Assembly (NCBI GenBank): GCA_050486505.1
Contig: JBJHDK010000021.1
Location: 1 to 34,653 of the forward strand
DNA length: 34,653 bases
Source: Fibrobacteria bacterium
GTDB lineage: Bacteria; Fibrobacterota; Fibrobacteria; UBA11236
Reading direction: 5' to 3'
Below, in pieces: positions 1 through 9,081 of this stretch (within the stretch, counting starts at the first letter, position 1; each line of letters begins with the position of its first letter). A program made the translations under genes and the position numbers. The notes beneath the pieces are model-generated. The model saw only the letters and a list, made by a program, of their open reading frames with translations, did no database searches and was not told the origin of the DNA.

Positions 1-293
1 GTTCCTTCGTCTTCCGGGTGAGCGGCGCCGATCTCTATACCTTCCAGATTCCGGCGGTGACGGCGGCATCCACGGAGCAGGTGACCATGAGCATTTCCGA
101 CATGTGGGGGCGCACGGTGTGGTCGCGCACGGTGAAGCCCTCCGAAGACAACCTCACCGAGGTTTCGTGGAACGGCCGGACCACATCCGGCACCCAGGCC
201 TCGGCGGGCATGTACGTGGTGCGCATTTCCGTCCAGAGCGACGGCAAGGTCACGAATCATGTGCGCAGGGGCGTCACGCTGAAGCCGAGGTAA
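1..293 (+). CDS. 3' end of a secreted protein: FlgD-Ig / secretion-CTD-like C-terminal domain (5'-truncated by window)
   Basis: Frame is open from the window edge (SFVFRVSGADLY...). The pattern ISDMWGRTVW...VSWNGRTTSGTQASAGMYVVR matches the FlgD-Ig/T9SS-CTD-type consensus (I.D..Gr.V...W.G....G..v.sG.Y.v). Confidence 0.7.
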   Translation, partial: SFVFRVSGADLYTFQIPAVTAASTEQVTMSISDMWGRTVWSRTVKPSEDNLTEVSWNGRTTSGTQASAGMYVVRISVQSDGKVTNHVRRGVTLKPR

Positions 294-327
294 CCTCTCT
301 CCCTCCCTCCAAGGCTTCGAAAGGCGG

Positions 328-364
328 CAAAGGTCCCCGGTTCCCGGGGGCCTTTGTTTTTCTC
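328..364 (+). terminator. Rho-independent terminator
   Basis: CAAAGGTCCCCGG-TTC-CCGGGGGCCTTTG 13-bp stem (one G-U pair) followed by a T-run, 35 nt after the stop at 293. Confidence 0.8.
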
Positions 365-384
365 TATTTCCAGACTCCCGACGG

Positions 385-1908
385 ATGGATATGAGCCGCT
401 TTCGTTCCCTCGCCAAGGATTCGCTGGCCTACGGGGTGTCCTCCCTGCTGAGCCGCTTCCTCAACTTCCTGCTGGTGCCGTTTTACACCCATGTGTTGAC
501 GCCCGGCGAGTTCGGCGTGGCCAACATCGTCTTCGCCCTCGTCGCCTTCCTCAACATCCTCTACCACATCGGCTTCGACTCCGCCTACCTCCGCCTCGCC
601 CACGATGCGGGGGACGACAAGCGGCGCACTTTGTTCAGCACCGCGCTCTGGTCTCAGGCGGGGATCTCCCTGCTGCTCACCGGGCCGTTCCTCCTCGCGG
701 CCCCCTGGCTGGGTGCGGCCTTCAACGTACCCCCCCAATACGGAACCTTGTTCCTGCTCGCGGCGCTCATCCTCATCCTCGATACGCTGGTGGTCGTGCC
801 CATGACGCACCTGCGCTACCGGCGACAGGCCTTCCGCTTCGCGGGTATCCGCCTCGCCTCCGTCGCCGTCAACATCGCGGGCAACCTCGTGTTCGTCCTG
901 TGGCTGCAGCGAGGGATCGAGGGCATCTTCCTCGCCAACGTCATCGCCAGCGCCATCACGCTCGTGCTGGTCTCGCCGGTGCTGTGGGCGAACCTGCGCG
1001 CGGCCTGGGATTCGACATGGCTCAAGTCGCTGATGGTGTTCGGCCTGCCTTTCGTGCCCGCGGGGCTCTACGGCATTGTCAACGAGATGGCGGGCCGCCT
1101 CTTCCTCAGCCGCCTCGACGCCTCCGACGTCGAGCGCCTCTATCCCGGCACCGGTTGGGACATGCTCCACCTCACCGGGCTTTTCTCCGCCGCGTGGAAG
1201 CTCGGCATCTTCGGGTTGCTGCTGGTGCAGATGTACCGCCTCGCCTGGCAGCCGTTCTTTTTGCGGCATTATCAGGATGCCGACGCGCCGCAGCTCTTCG
1301 GGCGTGTGTTACGCGTGCTCCTGCTCGGCGTGGGCGGCTGCAGCTTCGCGCTGATGCTCTTTCTCGACAAGCTCGTCGCCATCCCCGTGCTCGGCGTCCC
1401 AGTCATCGCGCCGGAGTACTGGGCCGGCCTCGCCATCGTGCCGGGAATCCTGCTCGCCTACGCGCTGCAGGCGTGGTTCGTGCACTTCACCCTCGGCGTG
1501 TACATCGCGAAGAAAACCGGACCGCTGGTGTGGATCAACGGCGCGGGCGCGGTGGTGACGGTGGTGATGAGCCTGTGGCTCGTGCCCCTGCTCGGCCTGT
1601 GGGGCGCGGTGTGGGCGGCCGTCGCATGCTATGCCGTCATGGCCGTGCTGATGACGCGCAAGAGCCAACAACTCTACGCCATCACGCTCGACTGGCCTCG
1701 CCTGCTTCCGCTGTTTCTCTGGCTCGCGCTGTGCTTCGCGGCCGGCTTCCACGTGCAGGCGAACCCCGACACGGGCTGGCTTGCGCGCGCGGGCCTTCTC
1801 CTCGCCGGCATGTTGCTGCCCTTCCTCATCGGTGCCGTGGGCGCGGACGAGCGTCGCGCGCTGACCGGGTTGTTGCGGCGGGGGAAGGGGACGGGGGGCA
1901 CCCCGTGA
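385..1908 (+). CDS. Oligosaccharide flippase (Wzx/MOP polysaccharide biosynthesis exporter)
   Basis: 507 aa, highly hydrophobic with many TM segments. N-terminal LAKDSLAYGVSSLLSRFLNFLLVPFYTHVLTPGEFG and FGLPFVP...AWQPF are typical of Wzx-like flippases. Alternative start at 391. Confidence 0.85.
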   Translation: MDMSRFRSLAKDSLAYGVSSLLSRFLNFLLVPFYTHVLTPGEFGVANIVFALVAFLNILYHIGFDSAYLRLAHDAGDDKRRTLFSTALWSQAGISLLLTGPFLLAAPWLGAAFNVPPQYGTLFLLAALILILDTLVVVPMTHLRYRRQAFRFAGIRLASVAVNIAGNLVFVLWLQRGIEGIFLANVIASAITLVLVSPVLWANLRAAWDSTWLKSLMVFGLPFVPAGLYGIVNEMAGRLFLSRLDASDVERLYPGTGWDMLHLTGLFSAAWKLGIFGLLLVQMYRLAWQPFFLRHYQDADAPQLFGRVLRVLLLGVGGCSFALMLFLDKLVAIPVLGVPVIAPEYWAGLAIVPGILLAYALQAWFVHFTLGVYIAKKTGPLVWINGAGAVVTVVMSLWLVPLLGLWGAVWAAVACYAVMAVLMTRKSQQLYAITLDWPRLLPLFLWLALCFAAGFHVQANPDTGWLARAGLLLAGMLLPFLIGAVGADERRALTGLLRRGKGTGGTP

Positions 1909-2306
1909 AGGCGGCCCTCCTGTTCGGGGTTCCCCTGGCGTTGATCCTCCTCTTCGGCGCGTGGATGCTGCACATGGTTCGCACCGACGCGGCGAAGCGC
2001 ATCGATCCGGCAGCGTCGATCGTCATGGAGGAGTTGGCCGCGATCGAGCCCGACCTCGCGCGCGGCCGCGAGCTTTACATCCGCCACGGCTGCGCGGCCT
2101 GCCATGGTGAGACCGGTCGCAGCCTCGATGCGCTCACCGACGTCAACCGGAATTTCCCCGAGGATGCGGCGTTGATCGCTTGGATCCGGAATCCGCAGGC
2201 ATTCAGGCCGCGTTCACCCATGCCCGGCTTCGCCGACCGCATCCCCGCGCACGACTTTCCGCACCTGGTTGCGTATCTGCGCACGCTTGCGGGCAGCGGA
2301 CCTTGA
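1905..2306 (+). CDS. Membrane-anchored monoheme cytochrome c (133 aa)
   Basis: GTG start overlaps the flippase stop (GTGA). N-terminal TM helix, GRELY..HGCAACHG heme motif, distal WIRNPQ...SPMPGF Met ligand. This is the real C-terminal part of the 354..2306 ORF. Confidence 0.85.
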   Translation: MKAALLFGVPLALILLFGAWMLHMVRTDAAKRIDPAASIVMEELAAIEPDLARGRELYIRHGCAACHGETGRSLDALTDVNRNFPEDAALIAWIRNPQAFRPRSPMPGFADRIPAHDFPHLVAYLRTLAGSGP

Positions 2307-2316
2307 CATTCTCCCG

Positions 2317-3102
2317 ATGGAGTTTCCCGCGCACGTCTCCGCCCTGCTGCGCGATCTCTCGCGCCTGCCCTACGAGAACCTGAGCAAGATCGTGGCGGCG
2401 CGGCGGGGCGCGTCGCGCGAGTCGATGCTCGACTTCTCCGCGACCTGGCTCGAGGATCATCTGCGCACGGGCATGGGCGGAACCTGCTTCGCGCTCACGC
2501 ATTGGCTCAAGCTGCGCATGGAGGCGCTGGGTTACTCCTCTGCATATCTCATGGCGGACAAGCCTGCCCCCGCGTGGCAACGACAGGGGAAAGGCGAGGG
2601 GCGGATCGAGCCCAACATCCACTGCGGACTGCTCTTTCTGCATGCGGGGCGCGAGTGGCTGCTCGACCCCGGCTATCTCATCTTCGACCCGCTGCAGTTG
2701 CCGCGCGGCGGCCTGTCCGTCGAAACCTTCCTGTCCCCCAATGCCGTGCGGCTCGAGGACGTTCCCGGCGAGGGCGTGTGGCGCTTGTGGACCGGGCCGC
2801 GCGGCAACCTGAAGCATCGTTTCGACTTCAGGAAGGAACCCGTCGATGACGCGGAATACCAACGCCACTGGGAAGCCTCGTACTCTTGGCCGATGATGGG
2901 GTATCCCGTGCTGAACCGCGTGGTCGGGGGAACGCAGTATTACTTGCAGAAGAACAGTCTTCTGATCCGTACCGCGGAAGGGGGAACGATGACCAAGCTC
3001 TCGCCCGAAGACGTCAAGCGCACTGCGATCGACCTGTTCGGGCTTCCGGAGGGATTGGTGGAGGAAGGGATGAGAGAATTGGGAATAAGAATTGAGAATT
3101 AA
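2317..3102 (+). CDS. Arylamine N-acetyltransferase family protein (261 aa)
   Basis: PYENL, GGTCF (catalytic Cys), NIHCGL (His) and LLDPG (Asp) give the Cys-His-Asp triad of NATs. ATG at 2317 preferred because it avoids overlap with the cytochrome gene. Confidence 0.85.
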   Translation: MEFPAHVSALLRDLSRLPYENLSKIVAARRGASRESMLDFSATWLEDHLRTGMGGTCFALTHWLKLRMEALGYSSAYLMADKPAPAWQRQGKGEGRIEPNIHCGLLFLHAGREWLLDPGYLIFDPLQLPRGGLSVETFLSPNAVRLEDVPGEGVWRLWTGPRGNLKHRFDFRKEPVDDAEYQRHWEASYSWPMMGYPVLNRVVGGTQYYLQKNSLLIRTAEGGTMTKLSPEDVKRTAIDLFGLPEGLVEEGMRELGIRIEN

Positions 3103-3246
3103 GAATTAAGAATTAAGAATTAAGAATTGAACGCAGAGACTGTGCTTGTGTGAAATGTCCATGCGCACTGTTCGTAATCACCGAACTCCGTTGTTCAAGT
3201 TTCCCCCCCTCCAATTCTTAATTCTTAATTCCAAATTCTTAATTCA
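3074..3246. repeat. Heptamer inverted-arm element, copy A: (AAGAATT)n - 84 bp core - (AATTCTT)n
   Basis: Left arm 3074-3128 and right arm 3213-3245, between convergent genes. Both flanking stop codons lie in or at the edge of the arms. Confidence 0.9.
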
Positions 3247-4425
3247 CTTAATCTCCACCAATCGAATCACGCCATCGCGTAATCCTGCGGCGAAGACGCG
3301 GCCGCGCGAGTCGTTGTCGAAGCTGCTGACATCTGGAACACGTCCGATGGTTTTGCGCGTCCAGCCGCCGTTCCCGTCCTCGCGGAGAACCCACACCGTC
3401 CCCAACCCGTAGTCGCCGAACACGTACCCCCCGTCGTAAGCGGAGTTCGGGTCCGCCGTGTAGAACACGCCGCCGGTGACGCTGATGGCTTCGTCGCGTT
3501 CGAGGTCCAATACGGGCATGGTCAGACCTTCGGCCGAACACCTCGATCGGGGGCGCGGTCTTCCCATGTTGTCCGGGTCGAAGCAGATGTTTCCCTCCCA
3601 AATGCGCCATCCCAGATTCGCCCCCTTGGGAACGAGGGTGATCTTTTCACGCAAGACCTGTCCGACGTCGCCGGCCCAGATCTCTCCCGTGTGCGGGTGA
3701 AAGGTCCACTTCCAGGGATTGCGCAGACCGAGCGCCCAGATCTCGGGCAGGTAGCCTTCCTCGCCGACGAAGGGATTGTCCGCCGGGATCGCGTACGGCT
3801 TTCCGTCGCTACGCCCGTCCACGTCGATGCGCAGGAATTTTCCGTGCAGGCTTCCAGGATCCTGCGCGAGGTTCCGCGGGTCGCCGCGGCTGCCGCCGTC
3901 TCCCATGCCGATGTGCAAGTACCCGTCGGGTCCGAAGGCGATGGTGCCCCCGTTGTGGTTGCGGTAGGGCTGGGGAATTTCCAGCAACACGCGCTGCGAT
4001 CCATCGGCATCGCGCAACAAGGATGCATCGGCGGTGCGCTCGGCGATGACCGTGGCGGATTTCCCCGTGCGCATGTAATTCACGTAATACTTGCGGTTCT
4101 CCTCGAAGCGAGGATGAAAGGCGATGCCGAGCAGCCCGCGTTCGTCGCCGCCGAAGCGGCCGCCCGCGACATCGATGCGCGCGAACGTCGCGGTGTTCCA
4201 GCCACCGTCGCCGTCCGGGGTGACTGCGACCAGACGGCCGGGTTGTTCCACCACGAGATAGTGTTCGGGCCTTCCGGGGATTTCCGCGAGTTGCACGGGG
4301 CGCTGGAAGGCGATGCCGAAGTAGTCGCGGATGGTGATTTCTCCGTTCCCGTCTGCGCGGGCATCGCGGGCGAGGAGCGACAGGGCGAGGAGAACAAGGG
4401 CGGAACGCAGGATGGGGGAACGCAT
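3244..4425 (-). CDS. PQQ-dependent sugar dehydrogenase / glucose-sorbosone dehydrogenase (GSDH) family protein 1; signal peptide; lacks the C-terminal module
   Basis: Start MRSPILRSALVLLALSLLARDARA at 4425. Motifs ERGLLGIAFHP, NHNGGTIAFGPDGYLHIGMGDGG, GKFLRIDVD, IPADNPF, EIWALGLRNPW, GDVGQ. The upstream part of the 3244..5196 ORF is a shadow frame. Confidence 0.9.
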   Translation of the reverse strand: MRSPILRSALVLLALSLLARDARADGNGEITIRDYFGIAFQRPVQLAEIPGRPEHYLVVEQPGRLVAVTPDGDGGWNTATFARIDVAGGRFGGDERGLLGIAFHPRFEENRKYYVNYMRTGKSATVIAERTADASLLRDADGSQRVLLEIPQPYRNHNGGTIAFGPDGYLHIGMGDGGSRGDPRNLAQDPGSLHGKFLRIDVDGRSDGKPYAIPADNPFVGEEGYLPEIWALGLRNPWKWTFHPHTGEIWAGDVGQVLREKITLVPKGANLGWRIWEGNICFDPDNMGRPRPRSRCSAEGLTMPVLDLERDEAISVTGGVFYTADPNSAYDGGYVFGDYGLGTVWVLREDGNGGWTRKTIGRVPDVSSFDNDSRGRVFAAGLRDGVIRLVEIK

Positions 4426-4512
4426 CCGGTTAAAATAGGCCGGGGGCTGGACGCAGGCAAACGCGAGGCAGGGGAATCCGCGCATTCCCGCGGAGGTGCC
4501 GCCGCTTGCGGG

Positions 4513-4546
4513 AAAAAAGAAAGGAACGCGCCATGGCTCGTTCCTT
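4513..4546 (-). terminator. Rho-independent terminator after GSDH-2
   Basis: Minus strand reads AAGGAACGAGCCATGGCGCGTTCCTT (stem-loop) then TCTTTTTT, about 20 nt downstream of the stop at 4566. Confidence 0.7.
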
Positions 4547-4565
4547 GGGATCGGACACTTCGGCG

Positions 4566-6008
4566 TTATTGGACGATGGTGATCAACTGCGGAGGGTTTG
4601 AGGACCCTTTTTCGCGGACCCACACGGCGCCGGAGACGTTGCCGCGCAGCGCGCGGCCGTCGAGCCCGCGAACCTCGAAGCGCTCCGGGGTGCGCAGGTA
4701 GTCGACGGGGGAGATCGGGCGGAAGGATGCTTCGCGCAGGGTTTTTCCGGGGTGTACGTTGACGGGCGTCGGAGCCAGAACCATGTCGGGGGACTCGAGG
4801 ATGAAGACGCGTCCCTGGTTCGCGGAGATGCTGCCGCCGGCGGTGGAGCTGAGGCTCACGGCGAAGATGCGCCCCGGCGTGTCGCGCTCGATGGACACGA
4901 CGTTGTTGACGGTACCGATCAAGGTGAGCGGGTCGGTGATCGCGGCGGAGTCGGCCGTGATCTCCGTTTCCGGGGCGCGGATCGCCCAGACGCGGTTCGA
5001 AATGTAGTCCCCCACGATGTAGGTGTTGTGGAATGCGGCAGTCGAGTCTCCCCGGAAGAAGGCCCCCCCGCTGATGGAGCGTCCCCAGGCATTGCCGGTG
5101 TTGTACTCGAACAGCGGCGGAATCATTCCGGAGCCCGTGCTGTTGTTGCAGGCGGTGTTGCCGCCATGACAGAAGGTTCCTTCCCAGATGCGCCATCCGA
5201 GGTTGCCCCCCCTGGGGACCCGTGTGACGACCTCACGGGCCGACTGCCCCACGTCGGCGGCCCAGAGCTGACCGGTGACGGGGTTGAACGTCCATCGCCA
5301 GGGATTGCGCAAACCCAGCGCCCAGATCTCGGGCAGGGTCCCCGCGCTGTCGATGAAGGGGTTGTCGGCGGGCACGGCATATTCCTTGCCGGGGTCCTGG
5401 GTGTTGACATCGATGCGCAGCATCTTTCCAAGCAGCGAGTTGCGGTTCTGCGCGCGGTTCTGCGTGTCGCCCGATCCGCCGCCGTCACCGGTGCCGATGT
5501 AGAGGTACCCGTCGGGCCCGAAACCGATCGTTCCACCGTTATGGTTGTTGTCGGGTTGGGTGATGACGAGGAGGTTGCGCTGGGGGTCGCCGGTGGCGGG
5601 GCGCATTCCGGTCGCGATCCGCTCCGCCAGCACCGTGGTCGATCCGGTCATGTAATAGACGTAGTAGCGGGGGTTGGTTTCGTATTCAGGGTGAAAGGCG
5701 AAGCCCAGCAGTCCCCGTTCCTCGTAATAGCCGGTGCCCGATCCGCCGGTGACGGTGATGGCGGCGGATTGCGCGCGCGTCCACGTCGTGCCATTCCATG
5801 CGACCGTCACGATCTGGCCCGGTTGTTCGAGCACGATGTAGGTGCTGTCCTGGCCGGGGTACTGGGCAAAGAACACCGGGCGGTTGAAGACCAGCGAGTC
5901 GGTGGCGGTCCTGAAGAAGTTGCGGAAGGTGACGGTGTTCGGGATGGTCGCCTCCGCCGCGACCCAGGAGGCCGCAAGCATCAGGACGGCTGCGCGGAGG
6001 GTCGACAT
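4566..6008 (-). CDS. GSDH/PQQ-dependent sugar dehydrogenase family protein 2 with C-terminal GLDGR module
   Basis: Signal peptide, ERGLLGFAFHP, NHNGG, GDGG, DNPF, GLRNPW, DVGQ. C-tail ...ERFEVRGLDGRALRGNVSGAVWVREKG... Confidence 0.9.
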   Translation of the reverse strand: MSTLRAAVLMLAASWVAAEATIPNTVTFRNFFRTATDSLVFNRPVFFAQYPGQDSTYIVLEQPGQIVTVAWNGTTWTRAQSAAITVTGGSGTGYYEERGLLGFAFHPEYETNPRYYVYYMTGSTTVLAERIATGMRPATGDPQRNLLVITQPDNNHNGGTIGFGPDGYLYIGTGDGGGSGDTQNRAQNRNSLLGKMLRIDVNTQDPGKEYAVPADNPFIDSAGTLPEIWALGLRNPWRWTFNPVTGQLWAADVGQSAREVVTRVPRGGNLGWRIWEGTFCHGGNTACNNSTGSGMIPPLFEYNTGNAWGRSISGGAFFRGDSTAAFHNTYIVGDYISNRVWAIRAPETEITADSAAITDPLTLIGTVNNVVSIERDTPGRIFAVSLSSTAGGSISANQGRVFILESPDMVLAPTPVNVHPGKTLREASFRPISPVDYLRTPERFEVRGLDGRALRGNVSGAVWVREKGSSNPPQLITIVQ

Positions 6009-6017
6009 GGCGAATCC

Positions 6018-7382
6018 TTACTGGACGATGGTGATGAGTTGCGGCGGGTTCGAAGATCCCTTTTCACGGACCCACACGGCACCGGAGACATTGCCGCGCA
6101 GGGCGCGGCCGTCGAGTCCGCGCACTTCGAAGCGTTCGGGATTGCGCAGAAAGTCTGCACGGGTGATCGGCTGCGCGGCTTCGCGCAACGCGCGTCCCGG
6201 TCGCACATTCACGGGTTCGGCGAGGATCATGTCGGGAGACTCGAGAACCCAGACGGTTCCATTGAGACTGCTGGCGAGAATCCGCCCTTTCGCGTCGCGG
6301 TCGAAGGAGACGACGTTGGTGATGGTTCCCAGGACCGTGGAGTCGGTCATCGCGGTTCCATTGCGGCGGTAGGCCCATACGCGGTTTGTCACGTAGTCGC
6401 CGAAGATGTAGGTCTCATGGAAGGCGGAGTTGGTGTCGCCGATGAAGAACTGTCCCCCGGTGATCGAGGCGCCCTGCGAGCGCTGGATGGAGATGGCGGG
6501 CATGGTCATGCCTGTCTGGCTGCACGGGCCGGCATAACAGAAGTTGCCTTCCCACATGCGCCAGCCGAGGTTCGCCCCCTTGGGGGCGATGGTGATTTCT
6601 TCGCGCATTTCCTGGCCCACATCGCCGACCCACAGGTCGTTTGTCAGCGGGTGGAAGCTCCACTTCCACGGGTTGCGCAGGCCGTAGGCCCAGATTTCAG
6701 GGAGGTAACCCGACTGGCCGACGAAGGGGTTGTCGGCAGGCACGGCGTACTCGCTGCCGGGATCCTGGGCGTTGACGTTGATGCGGAGAATGTTTCCGTG
6801 AATGTTGGTCGTGTTTTGCGCGCGGTTTCCGGGGTCTCCGCCGCTTCCTCCGTCTCCGAGACCGATGTAGAGATAGCCATCGGGTCCGAATTCGATGGTT
6901 CCGCCGTTATGGTTGCTGAAGGGCTGGGAAATGGTCATCAGGTTGCGTTGCGGGTCGTTCGTGCCCGGCCGCATGGTCACGGCGATGCGCTCGGCGATGA
7001 TGCTGTTCGAGCCCGAGATGTAATACACGTAGTACCTGGGGTTCGTGTTGAACTCGGGGTGAAAGGCGAAGCCGAGCAACCCCTGCTCGTTGCCTCCGCT
7101 GGTACCGCCGGTGACGGTGATGGAGGCCGAGTCGGTTTTGACCCAGGAGCCTCCCTGCCAGCCGACCGTGACGATGCGACCGTTCTGCTGCAACACGAGG
7201 AAGAGGCTGTCCTGGCCGGGGTAGGGGATCGCCTTCATCGGGCGGGCGAAGGTGATCGCTCCCGCGGTTCCTTCGGTCGGACCGAAGAAGTTGCGGAAGG
7301 TGACGTTGGTGGGAATGGGCTGCGCCGCCGTGAAGCCGACGGCCAGGGCGAGGGTCGCGAGGAATGCTGGTTTGCCGTGCAT
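6018..7382 (-). CDS. GSDH/PQQ-dependent sugar dehydrogenase family protein 3 with C-terminal GLDGR module
   Basis: Signal peptide MHGKPAFLATLALAVGFTAA, same propeller motifs, SD-like AAGGGA upstream. Confidence 0.9.
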   Translation of the reverse strand: MHGKPAFLATLALAVGFTAAQPIPTNVTFRNFFGPTEGTAGAITFARPMKAIPYPGQDSLFLVLQQNGRIVTVGWQGGSWVKTDSASITVTGGTSGGNEQGLLGFAFHPEFNTNPRYYVYYISGSNSIIAERIAVTMRPGTNDPQRNLMTISQPFSNHNGGTIEFGPDGYLYIGLGDGGSGGDPGNRAQNTTNIHGNILRINVNAQDPGSEYAVPADNPFVGQSGYLPEIWAYGLRNPWKWSFHPLTNDLWVGDVGQEMREEITIAPKGANLGWRMWEGNFCYAGPCSQTGMTMPAISIQRSQGASITGGQFFIGDTNSAFHETYIFGDYVTNRVWAYRRNGTAMTDSTVLGTITNVVSFDRDAKGRILASSLNGTVWVLESPDMILAEPVNVRPGRALREAAQPITRADFLRNPERFEVRGLDGRALRGNVSGAVWVREKGSSNPPQLITIVQ

Positions 7383-7460
7383 GGTGTTTCCCTTGTCGAA
7401 AAACGTGATGGATGCCCAAATATAGGTCCGATGGGGAGAGTGTCCGTCATTCCTCGCCCT

Positions 7461-7485
7461 CTCCCCGGAAATCCGCTCCGGGGAG
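7461..7485. other. GC-rich intergenic hairpin between GSDH-4 and GSDH-3
   Basis: CTCCCCGGA-AATCCGC-TCCGGGGAG 9-bp perfect stem. No clear U-tract on the coding (minus) strand. Confidence 0.45.
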
Positions 7486-7506
7486 GAGGATCCCCGTTTT
7501 TGCGTC

Positions 7507-9081
7507 CTAACGCATGATGGTGATGAGCCGCGGCGGCTCGTTCGATCCTTTCTCGCGGATCCAGACCGTCCCGGTGGCGGGGCCGCGCAGCATTCTGCCG
7601 TCGAGACCGTGGACCGTGAAACGGGACGGATCCCGCAGGTAATCCGCGGCGGTGAAGGCCGCCCCCCCCCGCCCCTGGATCCCGCGGATTCCGATGGGAG
7701 GCTCTTCCGGGTCGGTGGTATCGACGGCCGCGGGCACGTAGGCCTTTTCGAAATACGGCGATTCGATGATCAGCACCTGCCCCGAGTTGTTGCCGCCCAT
7801 GCTCACGGCGAACATGCGCCCCAGGGAGTCGCGGTCGAAGGAGACCACGTTGTTGATGTTGGGGAGCTGCGCCTGGTCCACCAGGCCCGAGTCGCTGAAG
7901 CGCGCCATCCACACGTAGTTGTAGATGTAGTCGCCGAAGAAGTAAACGTCGTGCAGGGCCGCGTTGGTGTCGCCCACGAAGAACGTCCCGCCCGTGACCG
8001 AGCGGACATCCTCGTTGTGCACGAGGCTCAACGCGGGCATCGTGATGGGGGTGGTGGCGCACAGCGCCTGAAAGGTCGCGTTGTTGCCGCGGTTGACCTG
8101 GTTGCCGCACTGGTCTCCTTCCCAGATGGGCCAGCCGAAGTAGCTTCCCTTGTTGACGCGCAGGATGTCGTCGCGGGTCACCCAGCCCACGTTACCCAGC
8201 CACATCTCGCCGGTGGTCGGATGAAAGTGCCATTTCCACGGGTTGCGAAGTCCCCAGGCCCACACCTCGGGGAGGAAGCCCGAGCTGTCCACGAAGGGGT
8301 TGTCGGCGGGGATGGCATATTCACGCCCGACCTCCATCGAGTCCACGTTGATGCGGATCACCTTGCCCAGCCAGCTGGCGCCGTTGAGGGACGGATTGTT
8401 GACCGAGTTCCCCAGCTCCTGATTACCGCCGTCGCCCGAGGTGTAGTACAGGTATCCGTCGTGCCCGAAGCCGATGCCGCCGCCCTTGTGGTCCCAGCCG
8501 GGTTGGCAGAAGTTGATCAGGATGCGTTCGGGATCGCTGGTGGCGGGGCGCATGGTGGCGCTGTCCGCGATGCGCTCGGCGATGATGGACCGCTCGTGCG
8601 TGGTGACGCCGCCCCCGGCCAGAGCCGAATCCTGCACGGTGATGTAGGAGACGTAGTACTTGCGGTTCTCGGTGTAGTTGGGGTGGAAGGCGAAGCCCAG
8701 CAGGCCGCGGCTTTCGTAGGTGCCGTTCGTGATGCCGCTGGAGGTCGCGCGCGGTTGGTGCACCGAGCATTTGTTGCCGCCGGTGCCGGTCACCACGGGC
8801 ACCTGGATGGTGGCGGTTTGCGCCTTCGTCCAGGCGGTTCCGTTCCATGCGACCGTGGTGAGACGGCCGACCTGTTCCATCACCATGTACACGCTGTCTT
8901 GCCCGGGATACTGGGCAAAGAGCAGCGGACGGCTGAAGGTCATGTTGCCGAAGTAGTTGCGGTAGGTAACCGAGTCGCGCAGGGCCTGCAGCGGTGCGGG
9001 CCCATCGGTGGCCAAGGCGGGTGTCGCGGGCATGAGTGCCAGCGGGAGGAACAGCAGTGCGCGGGTAATGAAGTGTTTCAC
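7507..9081 (-). CDS. GSDH/PQQ-dependent sugar dehydrogenase family protein 4 (divergent, with insertions) with C-terminal GLDGR module
   Basis: GTG start at 9081 overlaps the upstream TGA (GTGA) and has an AAGGA RBS. Signal peptide VKHFITRALLFLPLALMPATPALA. Motifs ESRGLLGFAFHP, DHKGG, GLRNPW, GNVGW. Confidence 0.88.
   Translation of the reverse strand: MKHFITRALLFLPLALMPATPALATDGPAPLQALRDSVTYRNYFGNMTFSRPLLFAQYPGQDSVYMVMEQVGRLTTVAWNGTAWTKAQTATIQVPVVTGTGGNKCSVHQPRATSSGITNGTYESRGLLGFAFHPNYTENRKYYVSYITVQDSALAGGGVTTHERSIIAERIADSATMRPATSDPERILINFCQPGWDHKGGGIGFGHDGYLYYTSGDGGNQELGNSVNNPSLNGASWLGKVIRINVDSMEVGREYAIPADNPFVDSSGFLPEVWAWGLRNPWKWHFHPTTGEMWLGNVGWVTRDDILRVNKGSYFGWPIWEGDQCGNQVNRGNNATFQALCATTPITMPALSLVHNEDVRSVTGGTFFVGDTNAALHDVYFFGDYIYNYVWMARFSDSGLVDQAQLPNINNVVSFDRDSLGRMFAVSMGGNNSGQVLIIESPYFEKAYVPAAVDTTDPEEPPIGIRGIQGRGGAAFTAADYLRDPSRFTVHGLDGRMLRGPATGTVWIREKGSNEPPRLITIMR

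Noticed and set aside
354..2306. 650-aa ORF as a single protein
   Set aside because: The Arg/Pro-rich N-terminal part is an off-frame overlap of the flippase. Only 1905..2306 (cytochrome c) is credible.
4426..5196. N-terminal extension of GSDH-1 (3244..5196 ORF) or a GSDH-2/GSDH-1 frameshift fusion
   Set aside because: It overlaps GSDH-2 out of frame and crosses a terminator, and a clean signal peptide begins at 4425.
4566..6140. Recent gene conversion or a diversity-generating retroelement (TR/VR pair) explaining the repeated tails
   Set aside because: Differences are synonymous, almost all at third positions and not adenine-specific, and no reverse transcriptase is present.
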